Source of the DNA: Acanthaster planci
Lineage: Eukaryota
Assembly: GCF_001949145.1 (NCBI RefSeq)
Contig: NW_019091357.1
Location: 62,001-126,000, forward strand
Direction: 5' to 3'
DNA length: 64,000 bases
In this document: positions 34,838-50,100 of the stretch, piece after piece
How the letters are laid out: every line of letters begins with the position of its first letter
Position numbering within the stretch: the stretch's first letter is position 1
The notes under the pieces: model-generated
The model's database searches: none
The model's input: the letters and a program-made list of their open reading frames with translations, nothing else
Told to the model about the DNA's origin: nothing
Position numbers and translations under genes: made by a program

Positions 34838-37800
34838 TTCATGCTGTCAAGTGTATTCTCGTTATGAAAAGCCACAAATGAAGAATTCTTTGTTCAACTC
34901 AATAAATATGTAAAATTGAAAAAATGTAAAATATGTGCCAATTATGCATTAATACTTCAAAACTGTGGTTTTGTGCAGAACAAGGGTGAATCTTGCAAAA
35001 GACGCACATTCATATTTACTGGAAAACTGTTTGAGTTTTTTCTTTCTTGTTTACTTTTCAGAATCATTTTGATGAAATTAACCAAATAGTGGCTGTATTC
35101 ACACTTTTCAAAGGAGACTGAATGAATTTTCACAAGGCATTCTTCTTTAAATTGTAATTTGTCGTAAATGTAACATTTACAAGCACAGAAATTATAGTTG
35201 CACCAAGATAGTATCTGTGAAATATTTGACCGGTTTTTCATGGATAAATAGAATTAATAGCTGACTTAAAGCTTGTAGTTTGCAGTGGTTTGACTTAATT
35301 CATTTTATTGCTTGAGTGTATTTCAAATCTTTAATCAGATGTTGTAAAATCCTTTTAGTTTTAACCTGAAAGATTATCAGTTTGGGTTAAAAATGCAGGA
35401 ACATTGTTCCTGGACTTTCTGACCTTTTTTTCTTTAAAAAACTAGCTTAGTTTACAGCTTATACAAATACATGGGTAGGCTGCTTTCTAAGGGTCATGGA
35501 ATCAAAGCACAAAATGACCCAAAAATTCAAGGAACAGTGTTTGTATTTTGCATCAGGGCTCAATAAAAATTTATTCTATTTTTTCAAGGATTTCAGTGCT
35601 CAGTACTAAACTGAGTCAGTACTCACTGTTCAGGGTGGATTTAGGGGTTGTCCTTATTTCACTTCATCCAAGAAGGATTTTAAAATAATTTTCAGATTTG
35701 GTTTATAACATTTGCACAAATTATGATTCAATTCACTTTCATGCTATACATGTTATTTACATGTACCATATCGAACTCGAAATTTGTATACTTGGCAGGG
35801 AAACATTTTTACAATAGATTTTTAGAATGCACAGAATTTTTCTCTTGACATAAGATTACACATTGGTATTCAAATGTTATACATGCATTGTGTATGCAGG
35901 TTTTCCTCATTTTGTTCATGTGATTGATTGAATTTTCAATTCAGTTTTGATATTTTCTTTTATACTGGCTGCTAAATGTCAAAAGCTTTTCATACAGTCT
36001 AGACTGCTTGTAAATATTTGAAAACAAAACTTTATTTTAGAATGAGAGATGAGTAAGCTGTATATATTGGTTGAATCCTAAAACGTCAAAGATGTGATGA
36101 ATGTAGGTATATTGTTACATTAGAAAAAAAATTAATGCCTTCAAAGAACAAGTTGCATCATCTTTTTTTCTTTTAAGATATTTTTCAAGATGTTAATAAA
36201 AATGCACAGTACTATTTTACTCACAGTTCACATGACTATTTTGTATTGATTTGAATTTTAAAAATGTTATGAAGAAAATTATAATTACTTATGAAATCAG
36301 TTGTCAAATATTCCAATTTTGGTAATGCAAGACTTTCAACTGTGTGTTTCATTTTATCTACATGGCTCATGAGATGCAGAAACTTCTAGTGGAAAATGAA
36401 CCAATACAATACTAGCATGACTAGGCACAAAGCTGAAACATGTTAAAAACATTTTACATCAGTCAAACATGGCATATTTTTTGGCCCATATTTTATTTTT
36501 GTTCTGTTATCTTTGTAGTCTTCAGCAACCTGTGTGGGCTTTATTGTTCTATGGCCAATCCGTTTAAACAATTAAAACAGGTAACAAAACCTAATCAGTT
36601 ACTTTCATCCAAAAGAAATTCTCAAAGCTCAGTACTTTTGAGACTACGGATGGGACCATTGCTTTTACATATACATGTACATTTATCCATATTCACCTGT
36701 TTCAAAAATCTGTTGGTCATTTTTACAGATTGGTGGACACAACTGTCTTATGCCAGGTTGATACCATTCTTCCTTTCTAACTAAATGTTGAATCTGTATG
36801 TGAATTGCAGTGTTATTCAGTGACTAGAATTAGAAGCCATTATTACAGTAGCACAACGTTCATGGACAGGTAGTACATGCATGTTTGCATTACATAACTC
36901 TTTGACCAATAGAGTATCATGATTTGCCAAATGCATACATTCATCAAGTGCAGTGCCGCCGCAGTAATGGCAACTCCTTAATTTAGTCTATTTATTTTGT
37001 TCTATTTGGCAACAATTTAAAAAGTTCAAGCACACATTAGCAGCACTTATTGCTTACCTGAAGAAAGTAAATATTTGTTTCCAAGCTCATTAAATTCTAA
37101 GGGCTATATGATGTGTTTGTTGAACCACAGAAGGGTAAATGTAACCCTTGACAGCTTGATAAAAAGGCTGAAAGGTCTAAATATACCCTTCTTACATCAA
37201 CAAAAACTCGTCTCTCTGTACATTCCATATCCTTCACAACACAGTTGGGTGTCAGATTTTCATGCTGTGATATCCAATATGAAACCTACCAATATACTGA
37301 ACCTGAACTGTGCGGGTACATTTAAAATTAAAAAAATGTTAAGAGCACTTTAATATGTTACTCTTTCACACAAGGTGCTAACAATTTCAATACAATGTCT
37401 AGCTTTACTACTCTTTCAGTGCAACGTGGCAAGGTTTAGAGGAATTATTACATCTGTTCGTCCGCAAACATTTGGGAAAACACAATGGCATAAATAGTGA
37501 ACAAACAAATTTGAATAAAATTTGCATTTAAACACATTATGTACACTTTAAAACAGTTTGAGAAGAGTATTTCCAAAAGCCTGTCATGAAAAATAGACAT
37601 TATTTGAACACTGTTTTAAATAAAAACCACACACACATGCACACAAAATTTGCATTTCGTGAAAAAGTCTTAGAAAATCCAGTTAACAAAATGTCAATAT
37701 ACATGTACTTCTATTGTGGCTGAATTTTAGTCCAAGGTTTTTGTGCAACAAAGGCAGCAATATTAAGGCACTTAAGTTTATATTTAGATGAACTTCAACC

Positions 37801-38165
37801 AAGAACGAAATATACATAGAGTACAGCAAACACTAAACATAAATAAAAGTGTATATACATAAACAGAAGTGAAATTGAAATGTATGGCAAAATACACACA
37901 AAAAGACAGTGATGCGTAGAATTCAATCGACTCTGTATGTAATGCAACATTTACACCACAGTGTTAACTTGTGTTGAAACAAAACAGCTCATTGCTGACT
38001 ATTGCTATTCAAAAATTCACTAAATATCATTTGTACAGAAATATATTTTACAAAATCTGCATTTTAAAAGTAGGTGGGATTGAAATTGTAAGAACCTCTG
38101 CAAGGCAATTGGACCTTTTTGGTCCAATTTCCGATACTATTTTGTGATTGGTGCGTCCATTGGCT

Positions 38166-41100
38166 TTATCTCTTCCTTGAGCCATTTACAGCCGGTGTTC
38201 TTTTCTTTCCTTTTTCTCTTTGATGACCATTCAACAAAACCTCCTTTCCGTTGGCCAATTTTTTCAGTGACCCTTGACTTTCAACCTTGGTTGGTATATT
38301 CATGGTGACCTTTTTCTTGACCTCTTTGCCCTGGGGTTGGCTGTCAGCCTTGTTTCTGGTCTTATATCTTCCTTTGGACCCTGTAATATAGTGTGTAGGA
38401 ATGTTACCTCAATGTTATACTGCTGCTATAAGTTCTCTACCAATGGTCTACACCAAGTTAATGTTTCCACTCAGCCTGTGTCCAAATCACTTGCCTATGG
38501 CAACAAATAACATGCAGGGTTATTATCAGGTTATGGAAGCCACGAGCTGGGGCTACTGCCATTTCCCATAGATTAGTGAGTTATTGCTAGCCGTAGCCAG
38601 GTTAATGGAAACAGCCTCATGGTTAAAGAAATACCCACGTTGATCCAGAACCCAGTCTCTGGTCCAATACTTACCTTTGTCTGATGAGTCAGTACCCTGT
38701 TCACTCTGTGGAGTCCTGCTAGATCTAGCCTGTGAGTTTTGTTCCTCAGTGTAGCTGTCAATAGCTGCAAAGAAAACCAGTGAATAAGAGTAATAAATCT
38801 GTAACGCACTGATCAATATAATGAAATAGGCCCAATACGGGCGTTTCACAATGCATGAAATCCGTCGACCCAATGCATGTTTGGATAGTGTCAACAGATT
38901 TCATGCATTGTGATTGGCCAACATATTACAGACTCAGTCTTGGAGGTGCACTATTGTGAATCACCTGTATTATATTGATCCGACTGCATGGCCATTCTCA
39001 TCAATAATGCTTAAACACTTATTATTTCATAATCATTCAATCTGTGAAATAATCTTTTGACTCATTAATTGATCAGCATTATTCCCTATTTAAAACAAGA
39101 AGATACAGACACCAAGGATGCATGGAGACACTAACCGGACAATATGCTCGATGCTCTATCATCTCCATGCAGCAATTTCTGTTCTCTATCCAGTGCTGTC
39201 ATATAGTCAGAATATTTCCAGTGAACTTTTTCTTGTCCTTCATAATCCTCCTCATCTTCTCCTTCATCCAAGAACTCGGCGAAGACACTGAAACGGCGAC
39301 TCAAGGACTTGGAACCTATGCTGTTTTGGTCATCTTCATCCTTACGGGCCTCCTTAAAAATTGAAGGACACAATATAATGTGAATGTGAAAATGGTCATT
39401 ATTCCAGATTAAGTGGAATTAGAGAAGTAAAATCAGACCTAATCACCTGACTGATAGAGAGATTCTTACCTTCTCTTCCTCCATTCGCCTCATCTCCATC
39501 TCCTTACGTCGTAGTTTCTTTCTCTTCCTCTCGAGATCATACAGCATTTTCTCTTCTGACAGGGAAGTGCGATATTTCTGGAAGTCAGCCCAGTGTTGAA
39601 ACAGTACCTTGAAAACTGTCATCTGCAGGCAAAAGCACAAAGAGGAGCTTGGTTTTAAATACATGTATTAAAAAAAAGGAAATGTTGGGGGAATTCATTT
39701 TTGCATGGTAAACGGATGTTCAAGTTATGTCAAAGAAAGTTCCATTTACCTGGGTTTCTCTGAAGACATAAGGACCCATTTCTCTTGGTCTTTTATCCAT
39801 GATCTTCTCAGCCATCTCAGGAGTGATATCAATGTGAAGATTGGGAGGAATTTCAGACATGATGAAGCAGCGAAGGATGGCTTGTATCTTTTGTTGGATG
39901 ATAGACTCATCACTATGGGAGTGGTACATATCCTAAAACAGATCGCAAAACAATGTTGTGAAAAATCAATCAAAAAATTGAACTGTACCCAAGATATTTA
40001 ATCCACGTGAACAAAACATTTCAGTAAAGTAAGTCGGAAAATAAGAAAATACTTCACACAAAACAGTAAGCCAAATGAGTCAAGAACAACGTTAAGGTCT
40101 CAGACTACATCCCTTTAGTTACACACCCTTAAGGATATCCTGACAGTTCAAATCTTGAATCGACTGACCTTAAATTTCTGAACCTCCAGCCAAAAAAGTA
40201 CATCATTTTCCAAGTTGTCTCCCTTGACAGATACAAATTTCCTGAAGTGACTGCATGTGACGGGGTTCATCAAAGCCTGGCGGAAGGCGATGATGTCACG
40301 AGATGATGACACCCATCGTCCTTCAAGAATCTGTGAAAAAAGCACAATCAGATTTTATGAGATCAACACAACAGAAATTATTAACCAAAATTTTAGATAA
40401 ACTTGAACCCATCAATAATCAGGGGTGGACATGATTGGCCACTTAGAATTAAAACTGAAAACAGCTATCAAAAAACTGAAATGTAAACAGTTCCCATACT
40501 TTTGTACAGACCAGGTATACAAAAAGCGGACAATCAGAGTCAACATCTTAACAAAAAAAGCTGAAATCAGCTCAAAAGCTGAATTCTAACACCCCTGATA
40601 TTATTTTGCGAACCGAAAGTCACATTGTGCTATCAGTGAACTAAACTCAAAGGGACTGACTCACCCTATAGATAGCCATGGAACGCAGTTTCTTAGCATT
40701 CATAACATCATTCACCACGTCCTCCATTTTGATATGAGGCCGCTGTCTCTCCTGGAAATCTTCTCTCTGAAGGAACATAGGAAGCCACTTTCGCTCTAGG
40801 CGTTGACGGACATATTTCTGAGCTTCTATCAGGATGGGGTCAGGAGGTCGATCTAAAAGCAGTTTGCCCCAGCCTCCACCAGCTTGCATCACCTGAAACA
40901 ACGTTGTAGTAACATCAGTTACTTCATTCTTTTACCAAGCCTCAAACTGTAATAAATTATTCTTTAAAAGAACAAAACATTACTGTTTTGGGTCATGTGC
41001 TGATATAAACTTACCAGATTCTGCTGAGGTCTTGTAGCTGGACTGTTGGGACCAAAGAAATACTTCTTATTCAGATACCTTGTCTTGATATCCTTGGCTT

Positions 41101-44100
41101 TTGTGTCCCGTTTGTTGGCATCAAGGTAAGGTGTACGGCGGAAAGATTCTATGTCCATCCAACACATCAAGTCAGTAATGGCGTAGTTATCCTCTGGTCA
41201 AACAAAACAAAAGAACGAAATTACTTTTTCCAAACAAAATTTGGAAGAGAAACTCAGACAGTGTTAGGCTACCACATTTTTATCAATTCCACAGGTCTGT
41301 GGTGCATGGCCAGAGAACTGTCAACAGTGAAGTACACCTTAATTAGAGCAGTATTCTCTGCCAATGTGAAATATTCTCAACCCAGAAAAAAAACCTTGAA
41401 ACTAACCTAGGAAGTTGCGGAAGTGTTCCAATTCCAGCCGATTGTGGATGAGTTTGTTGAAGTCATAGTCTCTGAACTCCTCAGGGATCTTCTCTCTGAG
41501 TGCTTGGTAATAAGCTTCCTGCTTACTCTCATCATCCTCATCCAGCATGAAGTCAGGTGTAGAGATTCGCTAAGACAAATCAGTACAGACAGTAAGCCAT
41601 TACATCTCAAACAATTACTTGTCATGGGGTGAGGTCTCTTGTAGCTAAATTATTGGGCCCATGTTCTGTGAATGCAACATGCGGAGCCCAAAGTAGGACA
41701 TCCTTGGTATGTCTACTCCTCGATTTACTTACCTCTTTGATGAAGCCTCGTCTTGTTAGATTCTTCAGCTGTCTGGTATTCATTGCATCCAGCTGTCTCT
41801 CCTCAGAGATTAATTCAATCTGATGAATGAAAGACAAATACAGAATCTCTGTCAACATAAAGCAGTGACAGTAAACTTTCATCTCTTCCATATTTAACTT
41901 GATGATTACAGGATTTCACTACTCAATTTAACGCACTTCCATCTGACAACACGACAAAATGCACTAAAACTACCAACCTTATTGTAGAGGACCATATCAC
42001 TACCCTTCATCTGTGACCAAGGCTTCACTAGCATTTCCAGAACATGTTCCTCTGCACCATCAAATAGTTCCTCGAATGGAGGAGACACTTCGCGATAAAT
42101 CTGAGCCCGGACAGCTGAGGAACACTCAATGTCATAAAAGCAGCAATGAACGATGTACTTAGAATTGATGGCCTGGAATGGTAACAAAAAATTTTAAACT
42201 CACTACGACAATTAAGATCATAAATTAATTTCTATTTTGTAAGTTCATAAGTTTAAAATACAATCCCATCCAGGTAGAACATGCACAGTCTTGATCCACA
42301 TCTCTCTGAAAAGAACATTCCAAAATGCCTCCAACTCAAATGTGACCGTCAAAGAGAAGCTGCATTTGGGTGATCATTGTCATGGAATCTTGCAATACCT
42401 ACCTGAGCTTTTCTATGTAGACTAAATGAATCAAAGACATCTGCATAGAAGAGTGCATGGTAATCCTGCAACTCATGCCAACAACTCAGGCAGTTGATGA
42501 GAGTCTGGAATCAACAAAAATAACAACATATCTATGAATCATGAATGAATCTAGATGATTTCCTTGATGATTATGTACAAATGAATGACAAAGTGATTTT
42601 GCTTTTTTTTTTTTAAATGCTCATTGGAATATACATTCATGTGAATTTTTTTAAGCAATTACACAGATGAGTGTTGTATAAATGCAGCAAGTTATTCAAG
42701 AATAAGAATCAAACATCACACATGAATAGTACAAATTTAAGGGAAGCCTTTTCATGTGTAGGTTCAAGGAGCCCCATTTTACTCTACAGATCTCAATACT
42801 CACAGGGTTGTCTAGTTTCTCCAGATAAGCCATGAAGAATCCTCCTGCCTTCTTTTCATGATAAAGTCCCTCTAATAAACTCTCCATTCGATTTCCTCCA
42901 AGGAACTCACTTTCCTCTGTGGCAACACTACTTGATGTAGAGGAGGCAGAGCTTGGTCGCTTGGGCTTGTAGGGTGTGTTTGGTCTAGGATGGGAAGAAA
43001 GGGTATCCATGTTTCAAATCTTCATACACCAGATCTTCAGATGTAATACACATTCACTCCAATAACTGACATTTATAAATACCAAACTATCAGATTATCA
43101 CAACAAAGTCTCAACTTCAAATCACTTCTTACCTTGCTTGACTTTTCTCCTGCTCCTTCTCACCAACAATTTCCTCAGCTCCTATAGTCACTGATCTTTC
43201 TTGGTTCATCCCACTGCTACCACCAAATCTAGCATCTCCTTGTTCTAGTATTTCAGAAGCTACATCCGCAGAAGCAGTCCGGCTGCTGAGATTCTTATTA
43301 ATTGAACGGGAGTCAACAGGTGGAGGCGATGTAGGAGGGCTAGGTTTCATCTTGGACCCAATGCTAATGGTAATCTTTCGAGGTGTTGATGGAGAAGCTG
43401 TCTTAGAGTGATGAGTAGGCTTCTTGGGAGTGACTGAAGTCATTAAGCTGGAGATGGGCAGACTGGGCAGCGTCTTGCTGTGTTGGGATTGGCGGCTTTG
43501 AGGGGGACTTGGAGACGTCTTTCTTCTATTTGATGCCTGCATGAAATGACAAAGGTAGCTTAATGTTAAAAAAAATCATGATTTTGAATACAAAAGGCAA
43601 TACATGTACAAGAATAAAAAACACACCTATCATATGTGCAACACTTGCATTAAAGTGTCTTCTTCCATGTCAGTAACATCTTTTCTTTCCTGTTTGGCAA
43701 TTTTCACTTTTGTGCATTATAAAAGAACCACATAAATCCAACATTTCTTGGAAGAATAAATGCTCTGTACATACTTCTGTTGGAAGAGCTATACTGTGTC
43801 TAAGTTTTGGCCAGCATGTCTTGGGTCGCAGAGGTAGAAGAGTGACAGTCCTAGGCTCAGGATGGCTGCTGCTGCTGCTGCTGTTGTTGAGAAGCTTCTG
43901 GTAGTTGTAGATCTGATTGGTTGTTGCTACACTACTGCTGCTGCCAGTGTACATTTCCCGCATTAGGAATCGAGGAGCCCTAAAAGAAATTAAGACAAAA
44001 CACATGTACATGTGATCCAGCGTTTTTGAAAAATGGTGGTAAAAGGCCCTGCTGTCTGTTACTAATCTTGGAATAAAAAAATTAACATTAAGCTTTGAAA

Positions 44101-47100
44101 CTCTTGTTTGTGCGCAATCATTGTTAAACCACGTACTCCACAAAATAAATGAAACGACAGACAAATGTGTGCCAAGTATGGCTGTTTATTCCTGAAACTA
44201 TCCCGGACACTTTCAGTCGCATGTTAGGAACTGGAACAAATCAAGGAAATTTAAGAGGAAATGCATATTTATTTCAAACGAATAAAAAATCTTACCAATA
44301 TAGGAGAAGTGGTGCAATAATGTTGGGTTGTATCTTGGCTAATCTGTCGATACTTGTCCATTTGGATGGTGCATCAAGTCTGAGAGACTGCAATACCTCT
44401 CTTGGCAGCTCACAAACCCCACCAGACTTCAAATATTTATCTCGTAACTGGCCCAAAAAACTAAAAGTAAAAGCAAAACAAATAAAATAAAATATCACTG
44501 CACAAGGTTTAGGGATATTGTAAAATTGCTGCAAACATGACATATTGAACAATACCTAGGATTGGTACAACACTATAGACCAAGGAAACATCATACAGCA
44601 ACTTGAAACAGAAGTGATCCAAACAGCTATGTTACTATGTGTACGTATATATTTTCTGCACTATAATGAATGCATTCAATGAAAAGCTGAAGTAACCAAT
44701 GCACGGTCGATATTAATAACCAGAATTTACAGGTTGTGTTTTAATCTTGGACCTTTTTTTCTCAAATTTGGGACTTGAATAATAATTTGGGGGTTTACTA
44801 GGATTCGCTAATGCTGAATTGATAACAATAAGAGAAATGACTTCAGTTTGCTTAACCTAACTCTAAAAGACGGAAATGACACCTGCTAGAAAAATTTCAA
44901 TTGTGTGTTTTGTTGATGACTTACTGTTGTTGCACCTCTGTGTCATCAATCATACATCCACGGTCCACATCCAACCATAGGTTCCAAATTTTTTCTCCTG
45001 CTGTACCCCAAAGAAATCTTTTGAACCCATCCAATCCTCTTTTGTTACTCAAATCAAAACTATATCTGAGCTTCGAGAAGAATGGGTCCTTAATTTCATC
45101 AGTGTCATTCTCATTGTCACTGTCAAATAAGGAGTCCTCTTCCACATCATCTTGGCCCACAGTTGCTAGAGATATTCGACTGTTTGTCCTCAAGTCATCC
45201 TGAACATCCAAGCCATTTTTCAGTATTGATGGCCTCTTCTGTTCCATGGATAGAGATACCTCCATGGTGTGCAATGCCTCTTCAGTCAAATCAGCACTAC
45301 AAACATCAAGTGCCTTCAAAATATTCTCATCAATGTAGGTATCGATTTCATCTTGGGATAGATCTGTTGCCATTGTAATGGCAGACTTAATAGCAAAAGA
45401 CACGACAACAGTCGCCATGTCCTCCAGAGTGGAGACTCGGATCGGTTGTGGCTGGAGTTCGGGTAAGTCTTCTTCATTTTCGTTATCGCTTACATTAAGC
45501 TGTTGACTTTCAGCATCAAACCCACTCTCAGTACTCAGTTTTTCATCTTCTTCAACTTCATCCAGTGACTCCTCTGCTGATACTTTTGGTTTGGATTCAA
45601 CTGTAGCTACATGCACAGGACCACTATAGCTTCCACTGTTTCTGACATTCTCTGCAACCATACAAGAATCATCACCGATAGGAGGTCGCCAAACAGGTGG
45701 TGAGCGTAACCTGTGAGGACTATGAAACATCTTGTCACTGTTAGGAATATCATCCAAGCTCACTGGGTCGAAGTTGGAGTTACTGAAGGAGTCTTGTCTC
45801 CAGGGGCTTCCAATCCCACTGTCAGCTGTCACTTGATCCCAAATACTCATTGATGAGCTGAGTGGCCGACCACTCAAAGGCCGACCACTCGCCGGTCGTG
45901 AGCTACTGAAACCATCTGAACTCCGTGGCTGTACTGAATTGGTAGTGGTTGTGCTAGATTTCATCTTAACATCACTAAACCATTCCTTGGATTGCGTAGG
46001 GTGAGCTTCTCCCATGCAGACAAACATTTGACGCATTGCAATACCTTGCTCATCCACTTTAGGTTGTTCAACAACTGGTGGTTTTTCAATAGCAAATGGA
46101 GTGTAGGTAGGATCAACATACAGGTGAATGGGCACGTCACTGTCTTTAGCAGCAATCTACAAAAAAAGAAGTGCGTCCTTGTGGTTATATCATCTCAATT
46201 TTACAACCCACTCTTCCTATAAACTCTGCACATGGAAAAAACTGTTGGCACATGCAATTTATCTGTGCAAGTTAACAAACACAAAATTAACACACTGTAC
46301 AAATATACAACAGGCAAACTCTTCCTCGTTAACCCTAACACTCCTCAATCCTTCACCTGTTGGAGGACTGAAGAGTGTTAGGGTTAATACTAGCTAGTGA
46401 TCTTTGTCTAAGAAAAAAGAAGTCATTTTTCTTTTTTAATTCAACAGGTCTAACACGTACAGTCCACGCAATTGTACTTACCTCTACCTGTGAGACAAGT
46501 TTGGCCAATCTGAATTCCAAGTAAGTATCACTCTGCAAGAAAGCCGGTAATCTTTCCTCTTTAATCCACTTAATTCCTTGCTCCTTGTTGAGACACTACC
46601 AAACAAACAAATTCAAATACTTTTTACAATTTATATTTCATGGTTTACATTATCATACATGTGGATGCTTTGGACATACATGTAGCAGAATAACTGGTAG
46701 AGCAGCCTTCAAATGACCTCATTTCAAGTCCAAGCAAGTCAATTATTTGTGGCTGCTATAACTTTCCATCAATGGGCGAGTCACTCTAAGCCATAGCCAG
46801 TTTGCTCAGACACAGCCAATGAATGTCCTCAGTTCAATGCCGGAAGCCAACGGTTTGTGTCTGCTGTTACCTTCCATTAATGGGCATGCTGCTCTAAGCC
46901 ATTGCCAGTTTACTCAGACACAGCCAATAGCAATAAACCAGCCAGATTTTCTTCAATTGCACTCATTACAAAGGCTCTATAATCACTAAGCTAAACAGTA
47001 TCACCTTCAGGTCATAAACATTGTCCATATACCTGCACCATGAAGCTGGTCTTCACATCAAAATCTTCCTCTGTATACAACGGTCCACTTGGCAGCTTCG

Positions 47101-50100
47101 CTCCAAGTGGTAGTTTCGACTTCATGAACTTTTTTGTAGCAGTGTATATCGGGTTGGGTTTTTGCTGGGAGCGGACCAGAGATCGAATCTTCTCCTTCAG
47201 AGCCTGCTTGGCAGAAGTCACTACCTCAAAACCACGCTTTTCCTTGTTGAAAATGAGGGGTTCTGGAAAGGTCTGTTTAGAAGAATAAATAAACAAATAA
47301 TCACTGCATAAAAAGTGACCTTATTCTAAAGAAATTATACTAAGAAAAACCATTCATCAATCAACCCGAAGCAACTAATCTGTTTTTCCTAAAAACCTCT
47401 GAAACTAAACTTTGATTCTTTCTAGAAAATACCGTATAAATGTCCTGTTTATATTGGAGTCATTTGGTAAATGATTTGAAACTAAATAACACATAGGCAA
47501 ACATCAAACACCTGTACTTCAGTCATTGTTATCGCTGTTACCCTCAATCGTTTTTGATACTCAAGGTTTTGGAGGAAAAATTTCCACACTTACAGGAAGC
47601 TGAAGGAATGCATTGAAGTAGTCAACAAAGAGGTCATCAGTGGCCAAGAAGTCCTCCTAAAGTAGACAAAAATTGAGTACAAGTAATTGAGGTTGCTGTT
47701 CTTTAGCCACAATATCAAAACCAGATAGAGGCATTCATCAAAATGAATATTATAACAAATGGAAGCAGAAGTATCACAAGTTAAACAGAAAGGATGAGAA
47801 GTATCCTCGGCTGTTTGTTTTCCCACTGACAGAGAAATTCTTGTATGAATTAAGTGCTTTCTCTTCCTAGAAATTTGCCAAGTTCATTATCATCAAGCCA
47901 ATTCAAATTCCTTGTATCTTCATCATGATTCGTAAGCCCGAACTACCTCCATGGCATCCCAAGGCCAACACAAATGTTATTAATATCAACTGTTTTCCAA
48001 TGCATGGGGTTCAATGCAGCAAAAAGCCAACTACTGTATCTTTCCTGAGCCTCAGATGTGGGCTGGAAATTGAATTGCTTCCAAATTACCTCATTAATTC
48101 ACTAAATGGGAAATACCTCAGTGGAAACAGATATGCATAAACCATACAGTCAAGGTTAAATGAGCCTGCGATGTATTTACATGCATTAAATATTTTTTAC
48201 GTCTCATTGAAATTTACAGATTGCTTTGTTTTGCTATTTTCTACATTCCAAGAAATTCCCCAAAAAACCCAAGTCCGAGTAGGAACTGATCCAAGCTAAA
48301 CTGTACATTCAGAACCTATCAAGAACAAAAACAAAGGCAACTTCCATCAAGTGTTTAACCACCATCCGGCTCTCCTAGTTAACATTCTGTCCTTTTCCAA
48401 TCTAATTAGGAAATTCTTGATAACATAGATCCCAAGGAATTCAATCACAGGACAGAAATCCAACACCTCAACAGGAATTCTACACTTAGTAATAAACTTG
48501 ATTTGAAGTACTGGTACAAGTAAAGGGTAAAGCCTGGCTGTGCATACATGTACTCTGTCCCACTTTGTGTTTACACAACTGTTATGGTGGGGTATATGAA
48601 GTTGGATAACTCTACCAGATAGCTTTTTTTTACAGTCCATTTCCTTGGTTATGCCTTTCTTAATCTGTGATGCTGGGGGTTTTTAGTTTAATTGTTTGAT
48701 TTGTTTAGTGTCTTTTTTCCATGTTAGTATGTAATAATTTGTTTTTTATGCCATCATAATTAGCAGTAAGACTTACTGACAAGGCTACCCTGATTAAACA
48801 AAACAAAAATTAGCTGAGAAGAACACAAAGAATAAATATCCCTACATGAACAAATGTACAGTGTATGTACACGTACACTGAACTTGAAAAGATTTTCAGA
48901 CTGGGCATTAATTATCTTATCAATATTTAGCATGTATACACATATCCCTAGGCTTCATTCATCCATACATGTCCATACATGTACATGCATCAAATAAATA
49001 TTATTCCAAATATCTCCCTTGTCTTTTAACTATAAAACATTACTTTCAAAACTGTTTGCTAACAGGAATGTACTTGAAGGAATTTTTCATTTAAGTAATC
49101 TAGAAATTCTGAGCAGTTTTGCATTTCATGAGAAGTGAATGGTGACCTTTGCCTCCAAGGCCTGAAAGTGAGACTTTGGAAACGATTCAAGATTCCACCG
49201 GCATGTGCTCACAGAAAAAAAATTAATTTGGCTTGCCGCACAAGGCCAGGCCCTCTCAAGAAATGGATTGAATTGCTGAAACTTTAGATGACATCAGACA
49301 CACTGAGGACAAAGGACAGTGAAACACTACAGCCTATCAAGCTGTGACTGCCAAGAGCAAGTGACTTAAACACTGCAGCCTATCAAGCTTTGACATTGCC
49401 AAGAGCAAGTGAGTTTTGAGTTCAATCAAATCAAAATCAAGGGGGAAAAAGCATACACAGTACACTTTGATAGAATTGGCCAACTCAGTGATGTACAAAA
49501 GCTACCAGCTACATGTACCTTGCCAACATTCAATTGCACTGCTTTGAACAAAAACCTCCAATGTCATCACAACAACCTGCCAATAGCTCCAAGCATCATT
49601 CCCTGCTACCAGTACCTGCGCATATAACATGCACTTGAAATATTTTAACCAGACAATGTGACCCAGTTCCTCAATCGTTGCCAGGGTTAATGTTCAGGCT
49701 TTTAATGGGCAGTTGCAACTTTGAACTTCATAAGCAAGTAAATATCAGAATCCATCAAGTGCCAGCTCTTTGGCCCTGATAAATTATGTCAGTCAGCTTC
49801 AAACCATTAAGGGTCAGCTCTTGAAATAACTGCAACACAGTAGCCTTGTTACTATGGTGACATCCACAAATTGGCAAGGCCATTGCTCATAATTTAGTCA
49901 GCGGGCGCAACATAATTACAAATAACCTGAAAGGTTTTCAGAAAGTGGGACTTACAAATGCAGTTTCATTTTACAATTTAACATATATGTACCGTGGTAT
50001 GCATAAATGTAATAAATAGACTTCTTTCATAAATTTGAGATAACATGTACATTTAGTTTATTATGACGCCATATACGTATTGAATTTAGGTACACGTAAC

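Noticed and set aside
46760..46930. Two-copy intronic direct repeat (similar case at ~49320-49410)
   Set aside because: Short local duplications with no coding or structural signal.
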